Below are positions 1-14,000 of a DNA stretch of 64,000 bases, piece by piece. The DNA comes from Bugula neritina (taxonomy: Eukaryota; Animalia; Bryozoa), in the NCBI GenBank assembly GCA_964035545.1, contig OZ037767.1, positions 569,680 to 633,679 on the forward strand. The letters are read 5' to 3'. A program made the translations under genes and the position numbers. How positions within the stretch are numbered: position 1 is the stretch's first letter; every line of letters starts with the position of its first letter. The notes beneath the pieces are model-generated. The model was not told the origin of the DNA, did no database searches, and saw only the letters and a program-made list of their open reading frames with translations.

Positions 1-210
1 TGTTTATCTGTTTCCATAGTTACCGTGTGTATTGTTTATCTGTTGCCATAGTTACTGTGTGTATTGTTTATCTGTTGCCATAGTCACTGTGTGTACTCTC
101 TAGCTGTTTCCATAGTTACCGTGTGTACTGTCTATCTGTTGCTACCGGTTACCATTGGTGCCGTTTGCCATGGTTGTTGCGGAAAGTGTTTATCTGTTTC
201 TATGGTTACA
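1..210. repeat. Degenerate ~32-bp tandem repeat (MARK intron)
   Basis: tgtttatctgttgccatagttactgtgtgtat at 1, 33 and 65, then decaying. Confidence 0.75.
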
Positions 211-1328
211 TTATTTTGTTACTCCTTTTGCACTCTGCACCTTTCAGCACACAATTGTAATCACAGTTGCCACTTATGTAGGCAAGCTGTTTACTCTGCT
301 CCACTCTCACAGTTTACTTACTGCTGCTGTGGGAGTTACGAGCCCACAGCCTCTTTTGCTGAAGCTTGTGGTTTGGTCGCAGCAGCTACCCTTCTCAACA
401 CATTCGTTTGTACTGCCATGTGCTAATCTCACTTCCTTTTAATGCTTCTCTTTTATTATCACGTTTAAATTCACAACAACTGAAACTCAATTTATAAAAT
501 TGCGCCATTTGATTTCGTTGAGCAGCTGTATGGGTGGTTGGATAAGGATAAGATGTGTGCATTTAGCCTCAAATCTGTTGTACCCAAGGTGCAAAATCTT
601 GGTACCCAACTACAAATTTCTCTTTTACTTACACGTTCATGTTTGTTTCCAGGGTATCCATGGCTATCTAAACACAATTCACACTGAAGTTTTTGTTGCT
701 TGAAACACTGTCACTGTCTTTCTATGTGATTGGCTTGTTGGAAAGACAGTGTCAATGTGGTTATATTGAGCAATAGTCTAACATTATAATGTTGAGTGTT
801 TGTGTGTTGTTTAATCAGCTAACCATATACTTCTAACAGTTTCTGTTTCACATTGTTTTTGGTGACTAAACGGGAGCTGTTGGTGTGCTGGTGCGATTAA
901 TCAGTGGTATGGTTAGCTCTAGAACATTCTTTGCATGTTATTTCCTGTTAGATGTTTAGTAATGTAAGTGTAATTAGTTGGTAAGTCAACAACACTTACC
1001 TATGTATGTGCTATTGCTATGTACAAGGTGGATGTTTGGAATAGACAATGCAGACCTGGCACCCAGTGTGTTTGGCAGCGGCAGAGGGCAGCGGCAGACC
1101 TGTATGACTGCAGTAGGGAATGATAGACTAGCTCTGGCTCTTTACTCACTCTCTACTACCATTCAGTTTCCACTTACACCTTCTGCATAAACCTTTTACC
1201 TAGACCTTCTGCATAAAGCCTGCAACTGTATCTTAGCTAATGTACACTAGCCAATCTCACCTAATAACTAACTACATTGGCTACTCACTGCTATGTGGTG
1301 CAAAGGAGACTTGCATGATACTAACTCC

Positions 1329-1643
1329 TGTCACTCAGTGCTCCCAGGTGTCACTCAGTACTTCCAGGTGTCGCTTAGTACTCCCAGGTGTCACTCAGTA
1401 CTCCCGGGTGTCACTTAGTACTCACAGGTGTCACTCAGTGCTCCCAGGTGTCACTCAGTACTCCCAGGTGTCACTCAGTACTCCCAGGTGTCACTCAGTA
1501 CTCCCGGGTGTCACTTAGTACTCCCGGGTGTCACTCGGTACTCCCAGGTGCCACTCAGTACTCCCAGGTGTCACTCAGTACTCCCAGGTGTTACTTAGTA
1601 CTCCCAGGTGCCACTCAGTACTCCCGGGTGTCACTCAGTACTG
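1329..1643. repeat. 20-bp minisatellite, ~16 copies
   Basis: Unit tgtcactcagtactcccagg. Confidence 0.95.
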
Positions 1644-1819
1644 CACACTGCTAAGCTTCAGCATATCTGTCTCAATAATCTATCTAATTTCTATTCCACA
1701 TTTACATCTGATATATGCTTAAGTCATTACCTCCCACCACTTACCTTACCTTCCCATTTCTCCTAGTTATCGGTACACATACTAAACAGCTGTAAGTACA
1801 TGTACCTACAGCCTTGTGA

Positions 1820-2097
1820 TTTGTACTTACACAGCTGTCTGGTATATGTACTTACACAGCTGTCTGGTACATATGTACTTACACAGTTGTCTGGTATATG
1901 TACTTACACAGCTGTCTGGTATATGTACTTACACAGCTGTCTGGTACATATGTACTTACACAGTTGTCTGGTACATATGTACTTACACAGCTGTCTGGTA
2001 CATATGTACTTACACAGCTGTCTGGTACATATGTACTTACACAGCTGTCTGGTATATGTACTTACACAGCTGTCTGGTACATATGTACTTACTCAGC
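1820..2097. repeat. 25/29-bp minisatellite
   Basis: Unit atgtacttacacagctgtctggt(acat)at. Confidence 0.92.
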
Positions 2098-2355
2098 TCT
2101 ATAGATTATTCTGTTCACTTTTTGGGTAGCCACGCTCTGGCAAAAATACTCTCTGTATCACCACAGTCTATCTTTTGGAGTTGTTGACTCTCTCCTTCAC
2201 TTTACCTTCTAGTCTGTATTCTACTCTCTCTCCTCACTCTACCCTCCAGAGAGAGAGGGAGAGAGAAAGAGCTGCCAGGTGCACCGCTAGTTCCTACACT
2301 CAGTCTGGTATCGCTGCACTGCCCTAACCTGCTGCCTCTGCCTTGTCTGTTACAG

Positions 2356-2557
2356 CAAATTCTTCCGTAGGTCGGTAACTGGTGATCACCGATCTTCTAC
2401 GTCCAGTGGCAGCAGTGCAATGGAAACCCACAATGACAATGGTGGTGGGGGTAGTGAGGGACCTCTAGGGTCTAAACCCAGGTCTCTCAGGTTCACTTGG
2501 TCCATGAAGACTACCTCCTCCATGGAGCCCAGTGACATGATGAAAGAAATAAGGAAG
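2356..2557 (+). CDS. MARK: MARK/Par-1 Ser/Thr kinase, penultimate coding exon
   Basis: Encodes ...[28 protein letters not shown], the conserved pre-KA1 motif. Acceptor ttacag at 2355 (in-frame alternative ccgtag at 2370); donor AAG|gtgagt at 2558. Confidence 0.9.
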
Positions 2558-2637
2558 GTGAGTATCCAGTGTTGAGCCAGTGTCATAATTCAGCAGGTGC
2601 TAGATCATGCATTCCATTGCATATAGGCATGTGTTGA

Positions 2638-2880
<243 letters not shown>

Positions 2881-3293
2881 TGTATTGGACACTCATTAGG
2901 GGATAAGGTTGGAGTTGTGTTCTCTGTTCATGTTCGGCTGACTGTATAATAATTCTCCAATGGAGCACATGGGACACCTTGCTATGAAGCCACCTTGCTA
3001 TGACAGTGACGTTAGTTGTAAGAAAACTGGAACTGTTAGCTTTTCGGGCTAGAAGTTTAATATCTATATATATTATATATTTACATGAACTATTAGATTA
3101 TATATATATTCTTAATATTTTCCAATATTGTTTTACATTTGATACATCAACTTTTGGCCATGATGGCTAAGCATGCCTGTATTAGTAGTGTTTGCTTATA
3201 TCGCTTGTTCAATGAAAGTAGAGTCCTCAAATGAACCAAATGCAGTTATAAAGTGGCTCCGTGAATGTCAACACCACTTCTTAGTAGTACAAC

Positions 3294-3465
3294 CACCTGT
3301 TGCTAGGTAACACTCAACACAGCTACCTGTTGCTAGGTAACACTCAACACAACCACCTGTTGCTAGGCAACACTCACTACAGTCACCTGTTGCTAGGTAA
3401 CACTGAACACAGCCACCTGTTGTGATGTCACAGTTCACGCAGTCGCATGTTGCTAGGTAACAGCC
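3294..3465. repeat. 30-bp minisatellite in the MARK 3' UTR, ~6 copies
   Basis: Unit cacctgttgctaggtaacactcaacacagc. Confidence 0.88.
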
Positions 3466-3944
3466 AAACAAACCAGTGTTGCTTGTATTGAGTGAAATTG
3501 CTGTATTGTTGCAAAGTATATAATTTAATTGCATTAATGGCTTCTTTTTAAACTTTAGCAAATTTATATTGTTGATATTTTTGTGTTTGTAAGAGCTTAT
3601 TATCTCCAAGTTTAATGTATTATTAGTAGCACAGTGTTTTATACAGCAAACTGCTTCGGGCACCCGATTATATATTTCTCAGTCAATTATAGGGTTCATT
3701 TGTTTAACTAAGTATTTTAAAAAAAGTATTTGCCCACAGCACCAACTTGCAGTAGCATGTATGGTGAGCAACTTTAGTTACTCGTAGTTTTCACTATTTA
3801 TATAATTGTACTATGCTGTGTAACAGGCAGTCTTAACTTTTATTAACTATTTTTTATTCTGGAATGCTAAGGGCATGCTGTAAAGATGAATTGATATTAA
3901 CCATATGACCCATCACATTTAAAATGCACCTTAAACTACTAGTT

Positions 3945-3950
3945 AATAAA
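3945..3950 (+). terminator. Probable poly(A) signal of the MARK gene
   Basis: AATAAA about 1.07 kb after the stop, followed ~20 nt later by a GT/T-rich element (ctgtggtgttgtttt). Confidence 0.55.
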
Positions 3951-6110
3951 ACAATTAAATTTTTCAACCTGTGGTGTTGTTTTATCTAGTAATTTCATGA
4001 TATTTACTGTATTAAGAGTTTAGAGGTGAGCTTATTTGTAAATTAATATCTTGAGCGACAATTTACAGCTGAAAATGTGACTTATCAGGCCCTTGATTTG
4101 GGAATTGCTTCTCCCTGAGCTGTAGATCTGCATCACCTACATTTCCTAGAGAATAGAGAACTATACATCACTTCTAAAAGTATTTATAACTAGAGCTTAT
4201 TCATTTGATATTGTTCTAATTGACAATGCTGGGCTAAATGACACCTTCAATTGGACATCCTTGCAGAACCTAATTTCCTAGGAGCACAAAGAGGTTAAAG
4301 TTTAGTCAGTTTTGAGCCATGATGGAGTGTAAAAAACCTCCAGTTTGTAACAGCTAAAGCTTAGTAAAATAACTTTAGTTTATTTTTTAACGATAAAGAA
4401 ATTTATATTAGTTTATAGTGTATTCTGTTCCAAGTTACTGTCATCGTTTATTTTCTAAACTGATTGGTAATAGTTTCATCATCCTAAAGCTGCGTCGTTC
4501 ACAAAACTAATGAATACGAACAAGTAAGGGTTGTTGGATGGGAATGTAATAATGAAAGCGAAACTACACTGGCGTGGTTCCAGATTTGCAGAAGGATGCG
4601 TTGGGCAATCTAAATTGAAGACCTTCAGGTCACTCTCAAACGCTTTGTAGTTAATGTTGTGCTCATTTTACTAAAAGATATTGTCAATGCATTATTTTAA
4701 TTTTAAACCTAATGCCAAAAGCAAATGATGGCATGGAATAGTTATGCTGATGCATCAATATCATTATGAACGATTTTGACAACTAAGCTGAAAGTGAAAG
4801 TGAATGATTATCATCATCATGCTTACAGTGACTGTTACTGTTAGTGTAAGTAGTAAGTGTTGCAGTTACATTTTTATCTTGAGTGCTAACTGAAACAGCT
4901 AATAACTGTACGAATAACGTTTTCAAAAATTCAAAAAGCAAATGCTTAAAGCCATAATGATAATGGGTTTGTTAAAATTTCACTTTGCGTTACACTTAGT
5001 CTTACAGTTAGTGTTACTATCAGTATCACTATCACTATGTCTCGAATCCTCAGTTGACATGTAGAATTAATAGTAGTGTAAGTATTGTTATTATTATTAT
5101 AATCATAATGTAATCATAAAATTTCATGACAAGACAGTCTTATAAGTTATAATAAAAAGAACAATGGTCATGATGATCAAACTAATAGTAATACTAATAT
5201 AAATATAAAATCATCGTAACTGTGCTTTTAGTATAATTCTAATATGCATTATAGCACGAAATAAAAATGTGACAACTTATTTAGATTTCAAAATTGCCTG
5301 ACATGCTGGAATATGATATGCATAATATTCTATTCTTTTCGGCATCATTAAATATGATTTTTTTTGTGGATTAGAAGTTTTCTGCTCCTGCATCTGGTGT
5401 TCATCAAGGATACATAACTCTCAACGCACCTGAACGTAATATGATACCATTCCCAGTCCATGGAGTTTATTAGTGTATATAATATAATAAAGTGATTTTA
5501 AAACTATACATTATTTTAAGCTGTAGGAGAACAATGGTTGTCAAAGGGCTGCCGATATTCATACAGGTTATGTATTCCTTTATATCTATTATTAGTATAC
5601 ACTTCTATAGAAGCTATGCTGCCGTACTATTGTTACAACTGCCTATGCAACAATACAACACACTCTAGACTAAATGGTTTGACATTGTAAAACATTTGAT
5701 AAATATTTTTACGGCAAATAAACCATGTGAGGCATTAATTACAGTTTCTTAAGCTCTAAACCTTGTTACAACTTTGTTGACCTAATTAGTAATGTTATCT
5801 AAGTTGTCAGGGTATGTGATATTTACTGAAGTGCTTGTATTAGTGGCTTTATGAGTGTCTACTGCTATATGTCTCTCCGGTAGGCCTTAGATAACACAAC
5901 CTGCTGCCAATATGCTGCATAAACCCACTGAGAGTGTCAGCAAGGCTGTCTAAAAGACATGTATCTCTTTCTTACAAGTTTAGTTCAACTATGTTGTTTG
6001 TGAAAGTAGGTTGGTTGCTCTCCCGTCTTCTGCCCTTTAAGCAAGACTGTGCACTGGTGTGAGACTCCACTATGCTTTGCATGTGATGCTACAGAGAGTA
6101 TTGAATGTGT

Positions 6111-6375
6111 AGGCCATACAGTCTGTCCTGGTTAGGGTGTCAGCCCTTGGTATAGACCATACTGTCTGTCCTGGTTAGGGTGTCTGCCCTTGATATAGAC
6201 CATACAGTCTGTCCTGGTTAGGGTGTCAGCCCTTGATATAGACCATACAGGCTGTCCTGGTTAGGGTGTCAGCCCTTGGTATAGACCATACTGTCTGTCC
6301 TGGTTAGGGTGTCTGCCCTTGGTATAGACCATAGAGTCTGTCTTGGTTAGGGTGTCAGCCCTTGATATAGACCAC
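6111..6375. repeat. 43-bp minisatellite, ~6 copies
   Basis: Unit agaccatacagtctgtcctggttagggtgtcagcccttggtat. Confidence 0.93.
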
Positions 6376-8004
6376 TCTAGTATGGCAAATAGCATCCAGC
6401 AGTGTGCAATGTGACTACACCAGTTTATATCAATTACAAAGTTACAGCAGCCATTTCACAAAGCTCTAACAACCTACCAACAATTTGAAGTGAACTAACC
6501 AATCTTAAACATATCAGCTTAGTGAAAATAATGCCATGTCTAAGATGTTCCCTGTGTTACATATATATAATATCACAGTAACTGTTTCAGTCCTTGCCAG
6601 TAACAGGGTTTTGCATAGCCAACTCAATTAGTGATTTCCGTCTAACTCTATTGCTTGTGTCCTTGCTATCCACCCATGTCTTCATCTTCCTATCCTTTGT
6701 CACATATATGCATCAACCATGTTAAACTCACCAACTTCTGTACAACTATCAGGGAGTTATCAACCCTTCTCACCTAATCATACCTTTACAACAATCTATA
6801 CCGTGCAAATATCATAGAAATAGACATTTTTATACATATATTATAAAGTTAATTGATTTCATTCTATTTCACTAATTTACATGTATTTTTGTTTTAATAA
6901 CTGCATGTTTTCTAAATAACATTTTCACTTGTTGTGTAAATGAACTTTAAATAATCCGATATAAGTTATAAACGAGCAAAAGAGATAATAGTTACAAGCA
7001 CACGATGTACTATAATAGTATAATTATTATAGTATATCGTGATATCCGATAATGTCATAGTCTCAATATACAGTATTATGTTCAGACTGCAACACTATCT
7101 GCAGTATAGGATTATTAAGTAAAGGAATGGAACGTCACTTTATCCCACATTTGCAACCAAGAGTTTATTCATGGAGCACTTGCATTAGTTTCCATAGACC
7201 CATTTTATATACAAGTTACTAAAGTTTGCTCCATTATTGGTGCCTGTTCCCAATAGTGAAAATGTGTATCTTTTTTAGTGTGAAAACTCGGTTATGACAT
7301 TTAAGTGTTTGTGAAATATCCTCAGCACATTTTCTATAATCTTGTAAGTTTTATAACATGATGGTGAATAACACAGTCACAGTTTGATGTATTTAGGGTG
7401 CGGCAGCAAGGTAGCGGCAGCAGTGTTATGAAACTGGAATATATTTATTTGCATTGAACTAATATCAATTTCAATAATTCATAAGACATGGGACGCTTAG
7501 CCTTTATTACCATATTGATATAAACTAGCAGACCATTCATTTAGTACCTGTAAAGATTACATTTTAACTAAATATCAATAATAGAAATTTACTGAAGGTT
7601 AACTGACTATTTGTGATTGGAATTTACATTCAATACAAGCTATTCATAAGACTATTTAAGTAATCAGGTTTTTGCTGCGCTCTATTTCTGCCATGTTACA
7701 GAATACAATTTGCTGCCATAATAGCTGGGTATAGAGCAGGGCACATGTAGTGTGTGTGTCTTACAATACCCTATCAAAGAGTTGAGTGAATACCACACAA
7801 TAGACATTGTTGACATGCACCATGTGCTGATTGTAAACCTGTTATTACTTAGTGTATTTGTGTAGTTAGACCATTGCTCAGTGAGAAGCGTGTGTAACTA
7901 TAGTGCTGCCTATAGTGCTGCCTATCACTGCTCCTACAAGGAAACTCAACTTATTTGCAGATAGACTCTGTGTTGTGGAATTATGCATTCTGCAGATTAA
8001 CGAA

Positions 8005-8098
8005 ATGCTGCCGTCAGAGGTTGTACGTAGAAGAACAGAGTCAGCGGACGACTATCTTGGCGAGGCACAATTTGTTTCTAAAAGCAGAAACCTAAAGG
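8005..8098 (+). CDS. Candidate first coding exon A (MLPSEVVRRRTESADDYLGEAQFVSKSRNLK)
   Basis: ATG at 8005. Phase-1 donor G|gtaggt at 8099 joins 12444 to give NLK-DEQERVQKK. Upstream acceptors at 7960 and 7995. Confidence 0.65.
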
Positions 8099-11000
8099 GT
8101 AGGTTGTATATCTAGTAATACATGCTCTTAATCTAGTAATATATGCTCTTAATCTAGTAATACATGCTCTTAATCTAGTAATATATGCTCTTAATCTAGT
8201 AATATAAACTCCAAAGTCTAAATATAACATTTAATGCACACAGTAATATAATATGCTGAATGTGGTATAGCAATGTTACCTGCCCTGTGAGGTGTGTGTG
8301 TTATCTGCACTGTAAACTGTCTAGTATTATGTAGTAATGTATGTTGTATGTACAGTAGTATATCTTGTATGTACAGTAGTATATGTTGTATGTACAGTAG
8401 TATATGTTGTATGTACAGTAGTATATGTTGTATGTACAGTAGTATATGTTGTATGTACAGTAGTATATCTTGTATGTACAGTAATATATCTTGTATGTAC
8501 AGTGATATATTATGTTGCCTGTGTAGTATAGCATAGGAGATGTAGCTTGTGTGTTTTTGACTCAGTTGTGTGAATATTTAAGATATTGTTACTATAGTAG
8601 ATATGTAGTTTAGACTATGTTGTAGAGTATAACTATGAATATGATATCCCATGAATTCTAGACTGCAGTTGCGTGTGCCTGCTTAATCTATAATAGTAGT
8701 GTATCAGTTTAGTTCAACCAACTCTACACTTGATAACATTGTGATTAGCTAGTTTTGTTTATTCTACTCATGCAGCAGCCATGTTGTTTTCACAACACCA
8801 TGGAGACATGTTTGCTTGTCTATCCCTCATTGTTGACTTCATTTATATTTTGACATTTACTTAGAGTAATTAGATAACCTGATTTAGAAAGAATAGGATG
8901 CAGGAAAGAAAACTCTAATAGCCATTTGCTGTTACTAGATCAATAATCATGACTAGTTTTCCTGAATGACAATGAATTGTTACAATAAATATGTTTATTA
9001 ATTGATTGCCGATATTAGCTGCAATACAGTGCTACTAGTATCAGTATATTAGCTGCAATACAGTGCTACTAGTATCAGTACTAGTGGGAGTAAGGTAGTA
9101 GCATCAGTGCTAGTGGGAGTAAGGTAGTGTCATCAGTAGTCAGTACTAGTGAGAGTAAAGTAGTGTCATGTGGGGCCATGCACAGCCACCACTCAGCGGT
9201 CACCACACAGCGTTAGTTGAGGTTTATAAAGTTCTCACGGCAGCAGAAGATTCTCTGGCAGCAAAATTCTACCAACAGAAGCTTCCCTTTCCATATTACA
9301 CGTTGACTAGTAAGATACTGTATCTGTGTAGTATTACACTAGTAAGACACTGTATCTGTGTAGTATTACACTAGTAAGATACTGTATCTGTGTAGTATTA
9401 CACTAGTAAGATACTGTATCTGTGTAGTATTATACTAGTAAGATACTGTATCTGTGTAGTATTATACTAGTAAGATACTGTATCTGTGTAGTATTACACT
9501 AGTAAGATACTGTATCTGTGTAGTATTACACTAGTAAGATACTGTATCTGTGTAGTATTATACTAGTAAGATACTGTATCTGTGTAGTATTACACTAGTA
9601 AGATACTGTATCTGTGTAGTATTACACTAGTAAGATACTGTATCTGTGTAGTATTACACTAGTAAGATACTGTATCTGTGTAGTATTACACTAGTAAGAT
9701 ACTGTATCTGTGTAGTATTATACTTGTAAGATACTGTATCTGTGTAGTATTACACTAGTAAGACACTGTATCTGTATCTCTTATCTCTTATCTCTGTATC
9801 TCTTATATTAGTAAAATATGTCTAGGTAGATGGTGAAGGGTATTTCAGTTAAGTCCCCTAGTAGTGCATCATATGGAGATGCTGTCATAACTAGTAACTA
9901 AAACTCTTGTAGATTAAGGGTAGTAGGAGCTTTTAACTGCGTTCAGCAAGTTGAGTTGATTATCTCCTCCGTGTTCAAAGGGTCTTTTGCTGCTATGTTG
10001 TTAGTGAAAATTTGAATTTAGCTTTAACGTTTATTGTTTATCAAATTCCTGGTAAATTTTGAATTTCACAGCCTCCTTTATTCCTTTTATTTTTCTGTTT
10101 ATTAATTGAAGATAATTGGCAAGTAAATTGCCTTGGAAATGGGTTTCATTGTCTTTTCTCTTTTGTGTGAGTTGTTGAGTTTGATGTTCCATTAAGAGTG
10201 TTTTGTGTTGATATGTGAGCTATATAATGTGATATGTTGAGTGCTTTGTGTGGAGAGGTGGTAGTACTCTAGTCTGAGAGAGGTGTTAGTACTCTAGTCT
10301 GAGAGAGGTGTTAGTACTCTAGTCTGAGAGAGGTGTTAGTACTCTAGTCTGAGAGAGGTGTTAGTACTCTAGTCTGAGAGAGGTGTTAGTACTCTAGTCT
10401 GAGAGAGGTGTTAGTACTCTAGTCTGAGAGAGGTGTTAGTACTCTAGTCTGAGAGAGGTGTTAGTACTCTAGTCTGAGAGAGGTGTTAGTACTCTAGTCT
10501 GAGAGAATGTAATGCATAGTCTGAGAATGTTACAAGGGTGATGACATTCTCAATTTAATATATACTGTTCTCAAGTCAGTGTAGTGGCATTCCTTTAGAA
10601 AGTTAACATACAATATAGACATTGTAATATATTATAGTAACATTGTATATTGTATACTGTATAGTAACGTTGTATCTTGTATACAGTATAGTAACATTGT
10701 ATATTGCATATAGTATAGTAACATTGTATATTGTATACAGTATAGTAACATTGTATATTGTATACTGTATAGTAACATTGTATATTGTATATAGTATAGT
10801 ATAAAGTCAGCAATGGAGGGCAGGCGTATGTCAGCCATGTCGTCGGCAGCATTTGTAAACTCTATGAGTAGGAGGGTCAGCATTCTTGCCATGAGAGGTA
10901 CCGCCCGATGTTAGCCGTTGTTCTACCAAACCTCTGCTATATTAGCGCATATCACTAAAACTTAGGCTATTCTTTGTGATTTATTAATTTTCCAAACTTT

Positions 11001-14000
11001 CCATCTCCTTGTTGTAATACTAGAGACAATCCACTGCTATACAGGGTTGTCTTCTTTTGATCACTTTGATTCAGCTTAGGATTTATCTTCTTCTGTTGAT
11101 TGTGTATTAACTTAGCATCCTATCTAACGTATTGAAGTCCGGACACTCTTGGCAAAGTAATGTGTGACTGAATTGGACAACTTTCACTTTCTGTAGAAAT
11201 TAAAGCGCAGTTGTATTTATATGTGGCTTAGGTTCCTAAACACTTGCTGTGCTGTACAGTATCCTTCCAACTTAGCTCATACTTTTCTCCCAGTTTATTT
11301 CTACAGTCTATGTCTGTTGTGTAGTATGCTCAGGTCTTGTGCTATTTATTCAGTTTTGGAGTTATCTTTCTTGCAAGTTTTCCCTTATGTATCTAGTATT
11401 TTATCATGCTAGAGTTATCTTCTCGTAAAGGTACCCATTAAATCCTGCTGTAGCAGCTCTTCACATCAACACGTTGCAATAATCACCTCCACTCACGTCC
11501 TGGCGTAGAACATGTCTAGACTTAATGCTCTTGCTGTTACTTCTCTGTAGTAGTTTGTGTGTGCTGCGTGTGCTACATACTAGACATGCATCTTGTACGT
11601 ACACGCTAATGTAGCTATGATTCCAGTCGTAGTCTCAGTTATGAAGATTATACGTAAGATACAGAACACTCATTTCCAACAGTACATATGAGCATGTACT
11701 TTGTATTCTCAACAGTTGTTCAACTGCATTGTCTTGATTTAACTGCACAGACTCTCACTTGTATATTACAGACTTTCACTTGTATATTACAGACTCTCAC
11801 TTGTATATTACAGACTCTCACTTGTATATTACAGACTTTCACTTGTATATTACAGACTCTCACTTGTATATTACAGACTCTCACTTGTATATTACAGACT
11901 CTCACTTGTATATTACAGACTTTCACTTGTATATTACAGACTCTCACTTGTATATTACAGACTCTCACTTGTATATTACAGACTTTCACTTGTATATTAC
12001 AGACTTTCACTTGTATATTACAGACTCTCACTTGTATATTACAAACTCTCACTTGTATATTACAGACTTTCACTTGTATATTACAGACTCTCACTTGTAT
12101 ATTACAGACTCTCACTTGTATATTACAGACTTTCACTTGTATATTACAGACTCTCACTTGTATATTACAGACTTTCACTTGTATATTACAGACTCTCACT
12201 TGTATATTACAGACTCTGACTTGTATATTACAGACTCTCACTTGTATATTACAGACTCTCACTTGTATATTACAGACTCTCACTTGTATATTACAGACTC
12301 TCACTTGTATATTACAGACTCTCACTTGTATATTACAGACTTTCACTTGTATATTACAGACTCTCACTTGTATATTACAGACTTTCACTTGTATATTACA
12401 GACTTTCACTTGTATATTACAGACTTTCACTTGTATATTACAGATGAACAAGAAAGAGTTCAAAAGAAAACATTTACTAACTGGATTAATTCTTACTTAA
12501 GAAAGGTAAATATATTGTTGTGTATAGACTATAACCTCTGAAGTTTATATATACACTGTGCAAGTACATACTGTGTAAGTACATACTGTGTAAGTACATA
12601 CTGTGTAAGTACATACAGTGTAAGTACATACTGTGTAAGTACATACTGTGTAAGTTCGCATGTGGTATTTCAGCGCCGACCCCCTGAAAAGATCGCTGAC
12701 TTGTTTGTTGACATCAGAGATGGCGTGAAGTTAATGAAACTGCTGGAGGTGCTGACAGGGCAGCAGCTGGTGAGTATATTATCAGTATATTACTACAATA
12801 CTGTATTACTATAATATTATATTACTACAATACTGTATTACTATATTATTATATTATTTCTACTAAGCATATAATGCAGGCATATGAACTACGTATATAA
12901 TACAGGCATATGAACTACGTATATTATAATACAGGCATATGAACAAGGCGCCAACACCAAACGCATCCACCACATGGCCAACATCAGCACGGCTCTCAAA
13001 GTTCTCGACAACAAACAGATCAAACTGGTCAACATCAACCCTTCTGACATTGTTGACGGCAAACCAAGCATTGTCCTTGGCCTTTGCTGGAATATCATCC
13101 TCTACTTCCAGGTATAATGCTATACAGATATTTATTGCCATGATATAATTCATACAATCAACAGGGTACCTGGAGACCTGCTATATTTAGTTGTCGTCCC
13201 CTCGTGCTCTAAAAAATAATGTTATTTGGCAGATTGAGGAGCAGACAGCTATGTTAGCTAGTCTCTACGCATCAGGGGAGCCTCAGTCTAAGAAATCTCT
13301 CCTAGAGTTTCGTAAGAATGCTAAAAAAGCGCTTCTTGACTGGACTAAGACTGCTTTAACTAAGTAAGTTAGTGATTGGTTGAGATTGACTAAGTAAGTT
13401 AGTGATTGGTTGAGATTGACTAAGTAAGTTAGTGATTGGTTGAGATTGACTAAGTAAGTTAGTGATTGGTTGAGATTGACTAAGTAAGTTAGTGATTGGT
13501 TGAGATTGACTAAGTAAGTTAGTGATTGGTTGAGATTGACTAAGTAAGTTAGTGATTGGCTGAGAGTGACTAAGTAAGTTAGTGATTGGTTGAGATTGAC
13601 TAAGTAAGTTAGTGATTGGCTGAGAGTGACTAAGTAAGTTAGTGATTGGTTGAGATTGACTAAGTAAGTTAGTGATTGGTTGAGATTGACTAAGTAAGTT
13701 AGTGATTGGTTGAGATTGACTAAGTAAGTTAGTGATTGGTTGAGAATAATCAAGATGGATTATTAGCTGAAATAAAAGTTGTTGGCTCATGAGGATGTAG
13801 CTCTTGAAATCCGACATTGCAGATTTCTATATGGTAAATAATTAGTTGAAAAATTTGATGCGCAACTATTGGCTGTTGGAATATGTTAAACAACTTGCTA
13901 TTTGCTGAATAAGTTATAAGAATGTAGCCTGAGGTACTATTACTGTTTATAGAGACATAGGGGTGGAGGTGACAGACTTCTCCACCAGTTGGAGAGACGG

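Noticed and set aside
1028-1101. Possible extra MARK cassette exon (WMFGIDNADLAPSVFGSGRGQRQT)
   Set aside because: Weak acceptor, and the apparent donor phase does not match the phase-2 acceptors at 2356/2371.
4020-5460. Possible decayed transposon fragments between the genes, and at ~24260-25000
   Set aside because: No matching terminal repeats, TSDs or ORFs could be confirmed within the window; a repeat-library search is needed.
6111-6375. TTAGGG in the 43-bp repeat as interstitial telomere
   Set aside because: Only one hexamer per unit, never tandem.
9307-9775. CRISPR-like regular 25-55-bp repeats here and elsewhere
   Set aside because: Units are head-to-tail with no unique spacers, there are no cas genes, and the context is eukaryotic.
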